Source of the DNA: an uncultured Rikenellaceae bacterium
GTDB taxonomy: Bacteria; Bacteroidota; Bacteroidia; Bacteroidales; VadinHA17
Assembly (NCBI GenBank): GCA_964642615.1
Contig: CAZXSW010000003.1
Coordinates: 17,950 to 81,949, forward strand
Direction: 5' to 3'
Length of the DNA stretch: 64,000 nt
Under the pieces are notes generated by a model. The model searched no databases, was not told where the DNA came from, and saw only the letters and a list, made by a program, of their open reading frames with translations. How positions within the stretch are numbered: position 1 is the stretch's first letter; every line of letters begins with the position of its first letter. Shown here piece by piece: positions 29,976-38,035 of the stretch. The position numbers and the translations under genes were made by a program.

Positions 29976-31646
29976 ATGAAGAAGTTGGCATTTGCAGCAA
30001 GGGCATGTTTTGTTCTGATTATAATATTTTGTTTTTCAAAGGATCTTTCAGGCCAGGGAGCTTACCTTCCTCCTGACAAGCCAAAGCTTGTAATAGGCAT
30101 TGTCGTTGAACAGTTACGGTTTGATCTGGTTGAGAAATTCAGGGACAGGTTATCAGAGAACGGTATCAGAAGGTTCCTGAATGAAGGGACCTACTTCAGA
30201 AATGCTTCCTATGAGTATATCCTTACCCAGGCAGCACCGGGTTTTGCCACCATAGCATCTGGCACCGAGCCAGCTTATCATGGTATTACATCCGACAGCT
30301 GGTATGTTCCGCTTAAAAATGAACTTATCTATTGCACAAGTGATGTCAGTGTCAATCCTGTAGGCGGAAGTTATGAAGCAGGGCTCCATTCTCCCGTAAA
30401 CCTTCAGGCATCAACCTTTTCAGATGAACTCAGGATATCGTCAGGAGGCCGATCTAAGGTCTTCGGGGTAGGAGTAAAGGAAAGTACAGCCATACTCTCG
30501 GCAGGCCACTCAGCCAACGGAGCGTTCTGGTTTGACAATATATCAGGCACATGGATGTCGTCGACATATTACATTAATTCTCTTCCGGCATGGGTTAATG
30601 ACTTTAATTCGATGCGTTATTCAGATGATTATTTATCGGAACCCTGGACTCTTCTCAGGTCAAAGGAAATCTATGCCGACTGTCTTCCCGATTCAAATAA
30701 ATATGAATTCGGTTTCAACGGAGTTAATTACTTCCCGTATGATTTCAGGAAGATGGGGCAGAAACAGGGAAGGAATGAACGTCCCGACTTCTCACTGCTA
30801 AGGGAAAGTCCTGCTTCCGACCGTCTCACTACTGATTTTGCTATAAGGCTTATTGAAAAGGAAGAGCTGGGAGTTGATGATATAACTGATTATTTGTCAA
30901 TATGTTATTCTTCGATGGACTATATTGGTCACCGTTTCGGACCCTCATCAGTTGAAACAGCAGATGCATTTCTGAGGCTCGACAGGAATATTGAGACCTT
31001 AATTACATATCTTAATGAAAAGCTTGGGAAGAGGAATGTGCTTATATATTTCACTTCTGCGCATGGTGTATCTGAGTTGCCTCCTGTGCTTGAGAGTCAC
31101 AGGATACCTTCAGGTTATTTCAGGCAGAACCAGGCTTTGCAGTTGCTCAGGAGTTATATGAATGCGGTTTACGGTGAGGGTGACTGGGTAAAGGGTTACA
31201 ATGAAGGTCAGATTTTTCTTAACAGGACTTTGATTGAGGATTCGAGGATAGCGCTTGAGGAGATTCAGAAAAAGGTAGCCCGTTTTCTGATTCAGTTTAC
31301 GGGGGTAGCCGCCGCCTATCCCTATTCAGCATTTGAAGCCAATGATTTTGGCAACGGGAATCTAAGGAAGATAGTAAATAATTTCAGTCCCCAGCGTTCA
31401 GGCGATGTAATTGTTATTCTCAATCCGGGGTGGATTGACAGGACTGGTGACCAGGTGACGAATCATAATTCACCTTATGAATATGACACTCATGTGCCGC
31501 TTATCTGGTATGGATGGAGTGTAAACAGGGCTGTGGTAAACAGGAAGGTTAATATAACGGATATTGCTTCGACGCTTTCGGCTTTGTGCAGGATTCCCTA
31601 TCCCAATGCGTGCACGGGTGAGCCTATGTATGAGTTGTTCAGGTAA
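29976..31646 (+). CDS. alkaline-phosphatase-superfamily protein (type I phosphodiesterase/nucleotide pyrophosphatase-like)
   Basis: 556 aa with a signal peptide. Layout with ...GIVVEQLR.D..., ...MDYIGHRFGP.S... and ...SAHG... resembles AP-superfamily metal/nucleophile blocks. Assignment is from memory. Confidence 0.65.
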   Translation: MKKLAFAARACFVLIIIFCFSKDLSGQGAYLPPDKPKLVIGIVVEQLRFDLVEKFRDRLSENGIRRFLNEGTYFRNASYEYILTQAAPGFATIASGTEPAYHGITSDSWYVPLKNELIYCTSDVSVNPVGGSYEAGLHSPVNLQASTFSDELRISSGGRSKVFGVGVKESTAILSAGHSANGAFWFDNISGTWMSSTYYINSLPAWVNDFNSMRYSDDYLSEPWTLLRSKEIYADCLPDSNKYEFGFNGVNYFPYDFRKMGQKQGRNERPDFSLLRESPASDRLTTDFAIRLIEKEELGVDDITDYLSICYSSMDYIGHRFGPSSVETADAFLRLDRNIETLITYLNEKLGKRNVLIYFTSAHGVSELPPVLESHRIPSGYFRQNQALQLLRSYMNAVYGEGDWVKGYNEGQIFLNRTLIEDSRIALEEIQKKVARFLIQFTGVAAAYPYSAFEANDFGNGNLRKIVNNFSPQRSGDVIVILNPGWIDRTGDQVTNHNSPYEYDTHVPLIWYGWSVNRAVVNRKVNITDIASTLSALCRIPYPNACTGEPMYELFR

Positions 31647-31664
31647 AATAAGAGGTATGCTGTC

Positions 31665-32384
31665 TTAGTTGCGGAGGTCTCTTATCCGGCAGGCTTCCCT
31701 GAGGAAGCCGGGATCTTCTTCACAGCCGTTCCCGACTATAACCAGGTCGGCACCTGCAGAGTAGGCGTTTTCAATGTCCTTCCCGTTTTTAAGTCCTCCC
31801 CCAACGGCCAGGGGAACAGTTATACTTTTTCTGACAGAAGAGATAAGAGATGGAGGAATACATGTCTTTGCCCCGCTTCCTCCCTCGAGGTAGATCATTC
31901 CCAGTCCGAGCATCTCACCTGCCAGGGCAGTTGCTAAGACCAGTTCATCCTTGTCGGGAGGTATCGCCACCGTCTGGCTCATATATTCGACAGAGGTTTT
32001 GGAGCCACATCCCACAAGGATATATCCTGTTGGAATCAGTTTTTCCCTGATGTCAGAAAGGTAGGGGGCAGCAATGACATGATTACCGATAAGCAGTTCG
32101 GGGTTTCGTCCAGATATAAGTGAAAGCAGAAGGATAAAGTCGGCTCTTTTGCTCATCTGAAGCAGGTTTCCCGGGAATAGTACTACCGGGATGTTGCAGA
32201 GTTTCTTAATCTCGCCTATAAGAAGGTCGGTATCATTGAAAGTAAGGCTGCCTCCTGCAAGGATATAGTCGGGCCGGACTTCGGAAGCTATTTTCATCAG
32301 GACCGGCAACCGGTTGTCGGTGACCTTGTCGGGATCAATCAGTAATCCAAGGCTCCGTCGCGCCGGGAAGTCATATCTTTTCAT
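31665..32384 (-). CDS. geranylgeranylglyceryl-phosphate synthase family protein (PcrB/GGGPS-like)
   Basis: 239 aa TIM-barrel-like protein. ...LIDPDK..., ...GGS......, ...FPG.........AD..L..SL.SGRNP..LIG.H..., ...YLEGGSGA... and ...VGGGL... match the GGGPS/PcrB pattern. Confidence 0.8.
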   Translation of the reverse strand: MKRYDFPARRSLGLLIDPDKVTDNRLPVLMKIASEVRPDYILAGGSLTFNDTDLLIGEIKKLCNIPVVLFPGNLLQMSKRADFILLLSLISGRNPELLIGNHVIAAPYLSDIREKLIPTGYILVGCGSKTSVEYMSQTVAIPPDKDELVLATALAGEMLGLGMIYLEGGSGAKTCIPPSLISSVRKSITVPLAVGGGLKNGKDIENAYSAGADLVIVGNGCEEDPGFLREACRIRDLRN

Positions 32385-32492
32385 CCGTATATATTTTTTT
32401 TAAGGTCCCGCATCTGCGGGAGAACCGCACATGATTGATAATGAACAAGATTCATACTTGTTTGTGATTTGGTTCAATCATGTGGGTTTCAT
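32385..32492 (-). repeat. copy 2 of the three-copy upstream cassette
   Basis: The minus strand reads ATGAAACCCACATGATTGA...TCAATCATGTGCGGTTCTCCCGCAGATGCGGGACCTTAAAAAAAATATATACGG, then the ATG of the GGGPS gene. Overlaps the last 13 codons of the PPTase ORF. Confidence 0.7.
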
Positions 32493-33132
32493 AATTCTTT
32501 TTTGTCCAGACGATTGAATAATCTTTATACCTTGTATAGAAAAGGTCGAAGGAGTCGTTTATCTTTTTTGTATGGACTTTACCCTTTATCTCTCCCGATT
32601 CTTTTACCTCAAAAGGCTCGATGGTTATATTTCTTCTTAAGCTGATACCCTCTTTGTCGCATATTTTGTAAAGAGCTTCTTTTGCGCACCAGTGAAGGTA
32701 GAGATGATATTTCCTCTTATCGGGTTCCCTGGTTATCTTTTCCCTGCGGTTAATAAACTTGAATGATATGGCTCCTATGTTTGAGCTCATATATTCAAGG
32801 TCGATACCCACCTTCTCATTTGTGCTGCAGAGTATTGCAGTAAGCTTATTTGAGTGTGATATGGATATGAATCTTGATCCGTCCCTGAGGAAAGGTTTGT
32901 TATTCTTATTATATACTATTGAAGCTTCCTTACCAAGCAATTCGGCAAGCAGGGCTCTGACGCTCAGGAATTCGAGTTTTCTGGAGGTGCTCGAGAAGCT
33001 TTTGTATTTCTTCCTGTCTTCCGTGCCGAGGCTTACCATCTCCTCCATGGTTTTAAGGTCCTCTTCTATTTTCCAGACGCCGAGGATGGAATATTCGTTG
33101 AGAAAATGTTTCGTAATACAGCCCATCAGCAA
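32452..33132 (-). CDS. 4'-phosphopantetheinyl transferase family protein (Sfp-type)
   Basis: 226 aa; ...GIDLEYM... and ...WCAKEALYK... PPTase motifs. The C-terminal approx. 13 aa are encoded by repeat copy 2. Confidence 0.8.
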   Translation of the reverse strand: MLMGCITKHFLNEYSILGVWKIEEDLKTMEEMVSLGTEDRKKYKSFSSTSRKLEFLSVRALLAELLGKEASIVYNKNNKPFLRDGSRFISISHSNKLTAILCSTNEKVGIDLEYMSSNIGAISFKFINRREKITREPDKRKYHLYLHWCAKEALYKICDKEGISLRRNITIEPFEVKESGEIKGKVHTKKINDSFDLFYTRYKDYSIVWTKKNYETHMIEPNHKQV

Positions 33133-33140
33133 GGATTAAA

Positions 33141-33755
33141 TTAGTTGTTTCTCCATCTGAGTGTCTCAACAAGATGTACTACGTCTTCCCTCAGGAAATC
33201 GATAACCGGAGCAAGTGAATCAGCATTTGGAACCGCATCGAAGTACAATGATCCTCTCAGGTAATTCGTGGTGCTGTCGGTGACATAGAACTGGACAGCG
33301 GTAGCTGTATTACCCTTAAGGTTATAAAGGACACCATAGATTTTTTCAGCATCGTTACGTATCAGCTTTTCATCGATGGCATCGGCCCGGGTTATATGGT
33401 TTTTAACGTTCATCGTATATGTCTGCTCTATAAGTTCAGGCAGATCGTTGTCAATTGCCTTGTAAGTGAGGTAGATCTTTGCCCTGAAGCGGGGGAAATC
33501 AATATTATACCATCCGTTGCGGTCGGGGCCCTCAGTGACGGGTCCGGGTACTGAGTACACCGGATATTCAAACGAAAAGGGAATATTATGTCTGGCGAAC
33601 AGTGAATCACCGCCGCTTGTATATTCCCTGGAGGGAAGGCTGATCCTGAAGTGTCCTCTGGGCCTTGGTACTATCACCTCCCTGCAACCCGCGAATGACG
33701 GGAGCAGTGCAAGCAATATAAGTATCTTAATTGTCTTTTGAAGTGCCATCATCAT
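33141..33755 (-). CDS. gldD: gliding-motility lipoprotein GldD-like
   Basis: 204 aa with lipobox LLPSFAGC. ...PRPRGHFRISLP..., ...YLTYK..., ...LRGSLYF...PNADSLAPV... match my recollection of GldD. Sits immediately downstream of the gldE-like gene, as in Flavobacterium. Confidence 0.7.
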   Translation of the reverse strand: MMMALQKTIKILILLALLPSFAGCREVIVPRPRGHFRISLPSREYTSGGDSLFARHNIPFSFEYPVYSVPGPVTEGPDRNGWYNIDFPRFRAKIYLTYKAIDNDLPELIEQTYTMNVKNHITRADAIDEKLIRNDAEKIYGVLYNLKGNTATAVQFYVTDSTTNYLRGSLYFDAVPNADSLAPVIDFLREDVVHLVETLRWRNN

Positions 33756-35070
33756 CCTTTATTTCAACCCTGATCTCCTTTATCCTTCTCTTGTCGGCCG
33801 ATTCAATCCTAAAGGTAAAATTTCTGTAATTTATGGTCTGGCCCTTCTGAGGTATTTCCCCTGTGAGTTCCAGAATGAGTCCTGCGAGAGTTTCTGATTC
33901 TCCCCTTACTTCTTCAAACGGGTCCTCGTCTGTTTCGATTATCTTAAAGAAATCGTTAAGCAGGATCTTTCCTTCAAAGACGAAGGTGGTGTCGTTTATC
34001 TTCCTGTACATGGTCTCATCCTCATCGCTTTCGTCGGTTATTTCTCCCACTATTTCCTCGAGGATATCTTCGAGTGTGATTATTCCGCTTGTGCCTCCGT
34101 ATTCATCAATAACGACTGCCATATGGATTTTTTTCATCTGAAACTCTTTAAGCAGTTCGTTTATTTTTTTTGTTTCGGGTACGAAGTATGGTGGTCTGAC
34201 CAGAGACTGCCACTTGAAGTTATCGGGGTTTCCTGTATAGGGCAGGACGTCTTTGGCGTAGAGGATTCCCTTTACTGAGTCGAATGATCCTGAGTAGACA
34301 GGGATTCTCGAGAAGCCTGATTCGATAAGGAGACTGATTATGGTGCTGAAACCTGATTTTATATCAACGGCAGTGACATCTATTCTGGGGCACATTATCT
34401 CGTTGACATTGGTGTTTCCGAAGTTTACTATTCCTTTAAGAATCTTTTCGTCTTCTGTGATATCGTCTGAAGCAAGTTCGAGAGCACTTGAGAGGTCATC
34501 AAGGCTCAGGTTGGAGCGTCTGGCCGAGTTCCTTTTTCTTACAAACGAAGTGGAAAGGATGAGCAAAGAAGAAAGTGGTCTGAATATCTTTTCCAGGAAG
34601 ATAAGAGGTCCGGACATCAACATCGAAACTCCCGTATGGTTCCTTGTGGAGTAAACTTTTGGCATTATTTCCCCGAAGAAAAGGAGTATAAATGTAATTA
34701 CAACTGCTTCGACAATGAAACCCAGAGTAGGGTTTGCAGAGAAGTCGAAAAGTCTTGAACTCAGGAAGGCCGATAGCAGAACGATGGCTATATTGACTGT
34801 GTTGTTGGCTACAAGGATGGTGCTGAGGAGTTTTTCGGGCATACTGTATAATCTGATCACCCTTGCAGCTTTTTTTGATCTGGATGTCCTGAGTTTTTCA
34901 ATGTCCTCGGGTCTGAGGGAGAAGAAAGCCACTTCTGAACCAGAAATCAGGGCTGACGAAACAAGAAGCAGTACCAGAATGGAGAAGCCGGTAATAAGAG
35001 TCGGATCAGGAGTGTGTATTTCTCCTGCCATGAATGGAAAAAAGAAAGCAATAGAATATGCAGGTTCCAA
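33727..35070 (-). CDS. gldE: GldE-like CNNM/CorC-HlyC family membrane protein (DUF21 + CBS pair + CorC_HlyC)
   Basis: 447 aa with four N-terminal TM segments, a CBS pair region and a C-terminal transporter-associated domain. ssb-gldE-gldD order matches Flavobacterium. Confidence 0.75.
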   Translation of the reverse strand: MEPAYSIAFFFPFMAGEIHTPDPTLITGFSILVLLLVSSALISGSEVAFFSLRPEDIEKLRTSRSKKAARVIRLYSMPEKLLSTILVANNTVNIAIVLLSAFLSSRLFDFSANPTLGFIVEAVVITFILLFFGEIMPKVYSTRNHTGVSMLMSGPLIFLEKIFRPLSSLLILSTSFVRKRNSARRSNLSLDDLSSALELASDDITEDEKILKGIVNFGNTNVNEIMCPRIDVTAVDIKSGFSTIISLLIESGFSRIPVYSGSFDSVKGILYAKDVLPYTGNPDNFKWQSLVRPPYFVPETKKINELLKEFQMKKIHMAVVIDEYGGTSGIITLEDILEEIVGEITDESDEDETMYRKINDTTFVFEGKILLNDFFKIIETDEDPFEEVRGESETLAGLILELTGEIPQKGQTINYRNFTFRIESADKRRIKEIRVEIKDDDGTSKDN

Positions 35071-35092
35071 AATTCAGTACATTAAATGCAAC

Positions 35093-35551
35093 CTAAAAAG
35101 GAAGATCGTCTTCACTCTCAGGCTGGTAGCCTGAAGGAGGTTCATTGAATTCTTCCCCGGTAACTGGTTTCTCCTTATTTCCGTCCGTGGATTCCTGTTT
35201 TTCCTTAGGATAACTGGCAGCCGGTTTTTTATCGAGGACCAGAAGAGTATCTGCCAGGATCTCCGTAATATATTTATTGTTACCATCCTTATCAACGTAG
35301 GAACGGGTTTTGATCTTGCCGACTATGTAGACCTGTGCGCCTTTTTTTACACTTTTCTCTGCCACTTCGGCCAGGGCCCGCCACAGAACTATGTTGTGCC
35401 ATTCAGTTGTAGTAATTGACTCTCCCTGCTGATTGGTATATGACTCGCTGGTTGCCAGAGGAAATGTAGCTTTTGCAACACCCTTGTCGAAATAGCGTAC
35501 CACCGGGTCTTTCCCGACATTACCGACAAGTATGACCTTATTGATTGACAT
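35093..35551 (-). CDS. ssb: single-stranded DNA-binding protein
   Basis: 152 aa; MSINKVILVGNVGKDP.VRY... OB fold, ...TEWHNIV.W...AE... and acidic tip ...DDLPF. Confidence 0.95.
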   Translation of the reverse strand: MSINKVILVGNVGKDPVVRYFDKGVAKATFPLATSESYTNQQGESITTTEWHNIVLWRALAEVAEKSVKKGAQVYIVGKIKTRSYVDKDGNNKYITEILADTLLVLDKKPAASYPKEKQESTDGNKEKPVTGEEFNEPPSGYQPESEDDLPF

Positions 35552-35822
35552 GTGGTTGAGTGTTTATTGTTAAATAAGGGTTATAAAATGTAAAGGTAAG
35601 AAAAAAACAGCTCGTTGCAACGCTGCAGATTGTTTTGGAGATATTCCATATTTTCAATTCATTACAAAACCTTCAGTTAAACAGTGTTTTATTCAGTTAA
35701 AAAATGGCAAGCCCGGCAGGCTTCATGCTTCTTTTATCTATATCATTGGAATTAAGGCAATAATAAAAACAGAAAAAAAAATATTATTATGTAAGTGTTT
35801 CTTTTTAAACAAATAATATTTT

Positions 35823-35830
35823 TATATTTG
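35823..35830 (+). promoter_or_regulatory. candidate -7 box (TATATTTG) for the HU gene
   Basis: Exact TAnnTTTG match, 59 nt upstream of ATG 35889, within a 337-nt very AT-rich spacer. Confidence 0.35.
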
Positions 35831-35888
35831 CACAGTTGAAAAAAATGAAAAACTCAAAATAATTTGTTGAATTTTAAACTTCACGAAA

Positions 35889-36176
35889 ATGACTAAAGCA
35901 GACATTGTTAATGAAATTGCCAAAAACACTGGTATAGAAAAGGTGACGGTTCAGAAAACTGTTGAGGCCTTAATGGAAACTATAAAACATTCGATGGTAA
36001 GCGGTAATAACGTATATCTCAGAGGTTTCGGAAGCTTTATTGTAAAGAAAAGGGCCAAGAAAACTGCCAGAAATATATCAAAGAACACTACTATAATTAT
36101 TCCTGCTCATAATATTCCTGCTTTTAAGCCGGCGAAATCATTTATAAATAAAGTCAAATCACACCCAAAGAAATAA
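35889..36176 (+). CDS. hup: HU-family DNA-binding protein
   Basis: 95 aa; MTKADIVNEIAK.TG......V.....E........G..V.LRGFGSF.VK.RA.K.ARN....T.IIPA...P.FKP.K.F. Confidence 0.92.
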   Translation: MTKADIVNEIAKNTGIEKVTVQKTVEALMETIKHSMVSGNNVYLRGFGSFIVKKRAKKTARNISKNTTIIIPAHNIPAFKPAKSFINKVKSHPKK

Positions 36177-36182
36177 TATTCT

Positions 36183-36272
36183 ATGCCAAGCGGTAAAAAA
36201 CGAAAAAGACATAAGATGGCCACTCACAAACGCAAAAAGCGTTTGAGAAAGAACAGACATAAGAAGAAGTAA
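36183..36272 (+). CDS. 29-aa highly basic peptide, bS22-like small ribosomal protein candidate
   Basis: Absent from the ORF track. ATG 36183: MPSGKKRKRHKMATHKRKKRLRKNRHKKK, stop 36270-36272. Starts 6 nt after hup. Composition and spacing resemble the approx. 30-aa protein bS22 as I recall it. Confidence 0.55.
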   Translation: MPSGKKRKRHKMATHKRKKRLRKNRHKKK

Positions 36273-36302
36273 AGATCACTGAGCGGTCATAATCGGATAA
36301 CT

Positions 36303-36337
36303 AAACCTAAAGGTCTGACGATCTTTAGGTTTATTGT
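36303..36337 (+). terminator. candidate terminator hairpin
   Basis: AAACCTAAAG (36303-36312) pairs with CTTTAGGTTT (36323-36332), then ATTGT. The T tract is weak. Confidence 0.45.
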
Positions 36338-36390
36338 ATTAATATGTCGGCTGGAGTTGATAATATATTAATTCAGATTAATATAGTGAA

Positions 36391-37950
36391 GTGGTAAACA
36401 AGGATCTAGTCATTGATGCGGGTGATTCCGAAGTTTCTATTGCCCTGCTTGAAGAAAAGCAGCTCATTGAACTGAACAAGGAAAAACGCAATGTAAAATT
36501 TTCTGTCGGAGATATTTACCTGGGAAAAGTTAAAAAGATCATGCCCGGGTTAAACGCGGCATTTATTAATGTTGGATATGAACGGGATGCTTTTCTGCAT
36601 TATCTCGATCTGGGAGCCCAGTTCAGGTCACAACATAAATACTATTCGCTGGCGCTCCAGAAACAGGGGAAAGTACCGCCTGTAAGCAAATTCAAAAACG
36701 AGGCAGATATTGACAAGGATGGGAAAATTGCTGACGTTCTTGCTGTAGGCCAGACTGTTATTGTTCAGATAGCCAAGGAGCCAATCTCAACAAAAGGACC
36801 CAGACTTACTTCGGAGATCTCGCTGGCAGGAAGGAATCTGGTTCTTATGCCTTTTTCAGACAAGGTTTCAATATCTTCAAAGATTGAAAGCCAGGAAGAG
36901 AAAAACCGTCTCAAGACCCTGCTGCACAGCATTAAGCCAAAGAACTACGGAGTTATTGTAAGAACTGTTGCAGAAGGTAAAAAGGTAGCAGTTCTGGATG
37001 CCGAACTTCGTGAGCTTGTCAACAAGTGGGAGACTGCTTTTATTGCGCTTCGCAAGGAGACCAAGGCCGCTAGGCTCTTTATAGGTGAGATGAACAGGAC
37101 CTCTACTATCCTTAGAGACATGCTTAACGGAACTTTCAGCAATATTCATGTAAACGATGCTTCGATATCAGATGATATAAGGAGGTATATAAAAGAGATT
37201 GCTCCGGAAAAGGAAAGGATAATAAAGTTATATAAAGGATCACTTCCCATTTTCGATCATTTCGGGATCAATAAGCAGATCAAGGCTCTCTTTGGTAAGA
37301 CCGTATCATTCAAACATGGCGCTTATCTGATTATCGAGCACACCGAAGCTTTTCATGTCATTGATGTTAACAGTGGCAACAGGTCAAGGTCGGGAAATGA
37401 CCAGGAAGCAAATGCCCTGGAAGTAAACCTTGAAGCTGCGACTGAGATAGCGCGACAGCTCAGGTTGCGTGATATGGGAGGAATTATAGTCGTCGACTTC
37501 ATTGATATGCAGTCGAACGAGAACAAGCAACAGCTTTTTGACAGGATGAAGGAAGTAATGGCTGGTGACCGTACAAAACACAACATCCTCCCTCTGACAA
37601 AATTCGGGCTCATGCAGATTACCAGGCAGAGAGTGAGGCCCGAGATGCATATGGTTACAAACGAGAAATGCCCCGCCTGCCAGGGAACAGGGGAAATACG
37701 CCCCACCATTCTTTTCACAGACGAATTGGAGCGGGATCTCTCATTTATTGTAGGCAAGATTAAGACAAGGAAGATAGTCGTCAACGTCCATCCCTTTGTT
37801 GCTTCCTACCTTAAGAGAGGGATTTTTCCGCTTTTCAGAAGATGGAATTTCAAATACAGGATCATGCTTAAGGTTCAGGCTGTGACCTCGTATCACATGC
37901 TTGAATATCATTTCTACGATCGTGATGGAAATGAGATAGATCTGACCTGA
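36391..37950 (+). CDS. rng: ribonuclease E/G family protein (RNase G-like)
   Basis: 519 aa with a GTG start. S1 domain ...GDIYLGKVKKIMPGLNAAFINVG..., ...HVIDVNSG... and ...DMGGIIVVDFIDM... catalytic blocks. Confidence 0.9.
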   Translation: MVNKDLVIDAGDSEVSIALLEEKQLIELNKEKRNVKFSVGDIYLGKVKKIMPGLNAAFINVGYERDAFLHYLDLGAQFRSQHKYYSLALQKQGKVPPVSKFKNEADIDKDGKIADVLAVGQTVIVQIAKEPISTKGPRLTSEISLAGRNLVLMPFSDKVSISSKIESQEEKNRLKTLLHSIKPKNYGVIVRTVAEGKKVAVLDAELRELVNKWETAFIALRKETKAARLFIGEMNRTSTILRDMLNGTFSNIHVNDASISDDIRRYIKEIAPEKERIIKLYKGSLPIFDHFGINKQIKALFGKTVSFKHGAYLIIEHTEAFHVIDVNSGNRSRSGNDQEANALEVNLEAATEIARQLRLRDMGGIIVVDFIDMQSNENKQQLFDRMKEVMAGDRTKHNILPLTKFGLMQITRQRVRPEMHMVTNEKCPACQGTGEIRPTILFTDELERDLSFIVGKIKTRKIVVNVHPFVASYLKRGIFPLFRRWNFKYRIMLKVQAVTSYHMLEYHFYDRDGNEIDLT

Positions 37951-37955
37951 ACATC

Positions 37956-37985
37956 ATGGCCGTTGAACCAGGGGCCATCTTTTTC
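37956..37985 (+). terminator. intrinsic terminator after rng
   Basis: ATGGCC (37956-37961) pairs with GGCCAT (37973-37978), followed by CTTTTT. Confidence 0.55.
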
Positions 37986-38035
37986 CGTTTATATATATTG
38001 ATTTATTATTTTTACATAAAATCAATACGGATAAT

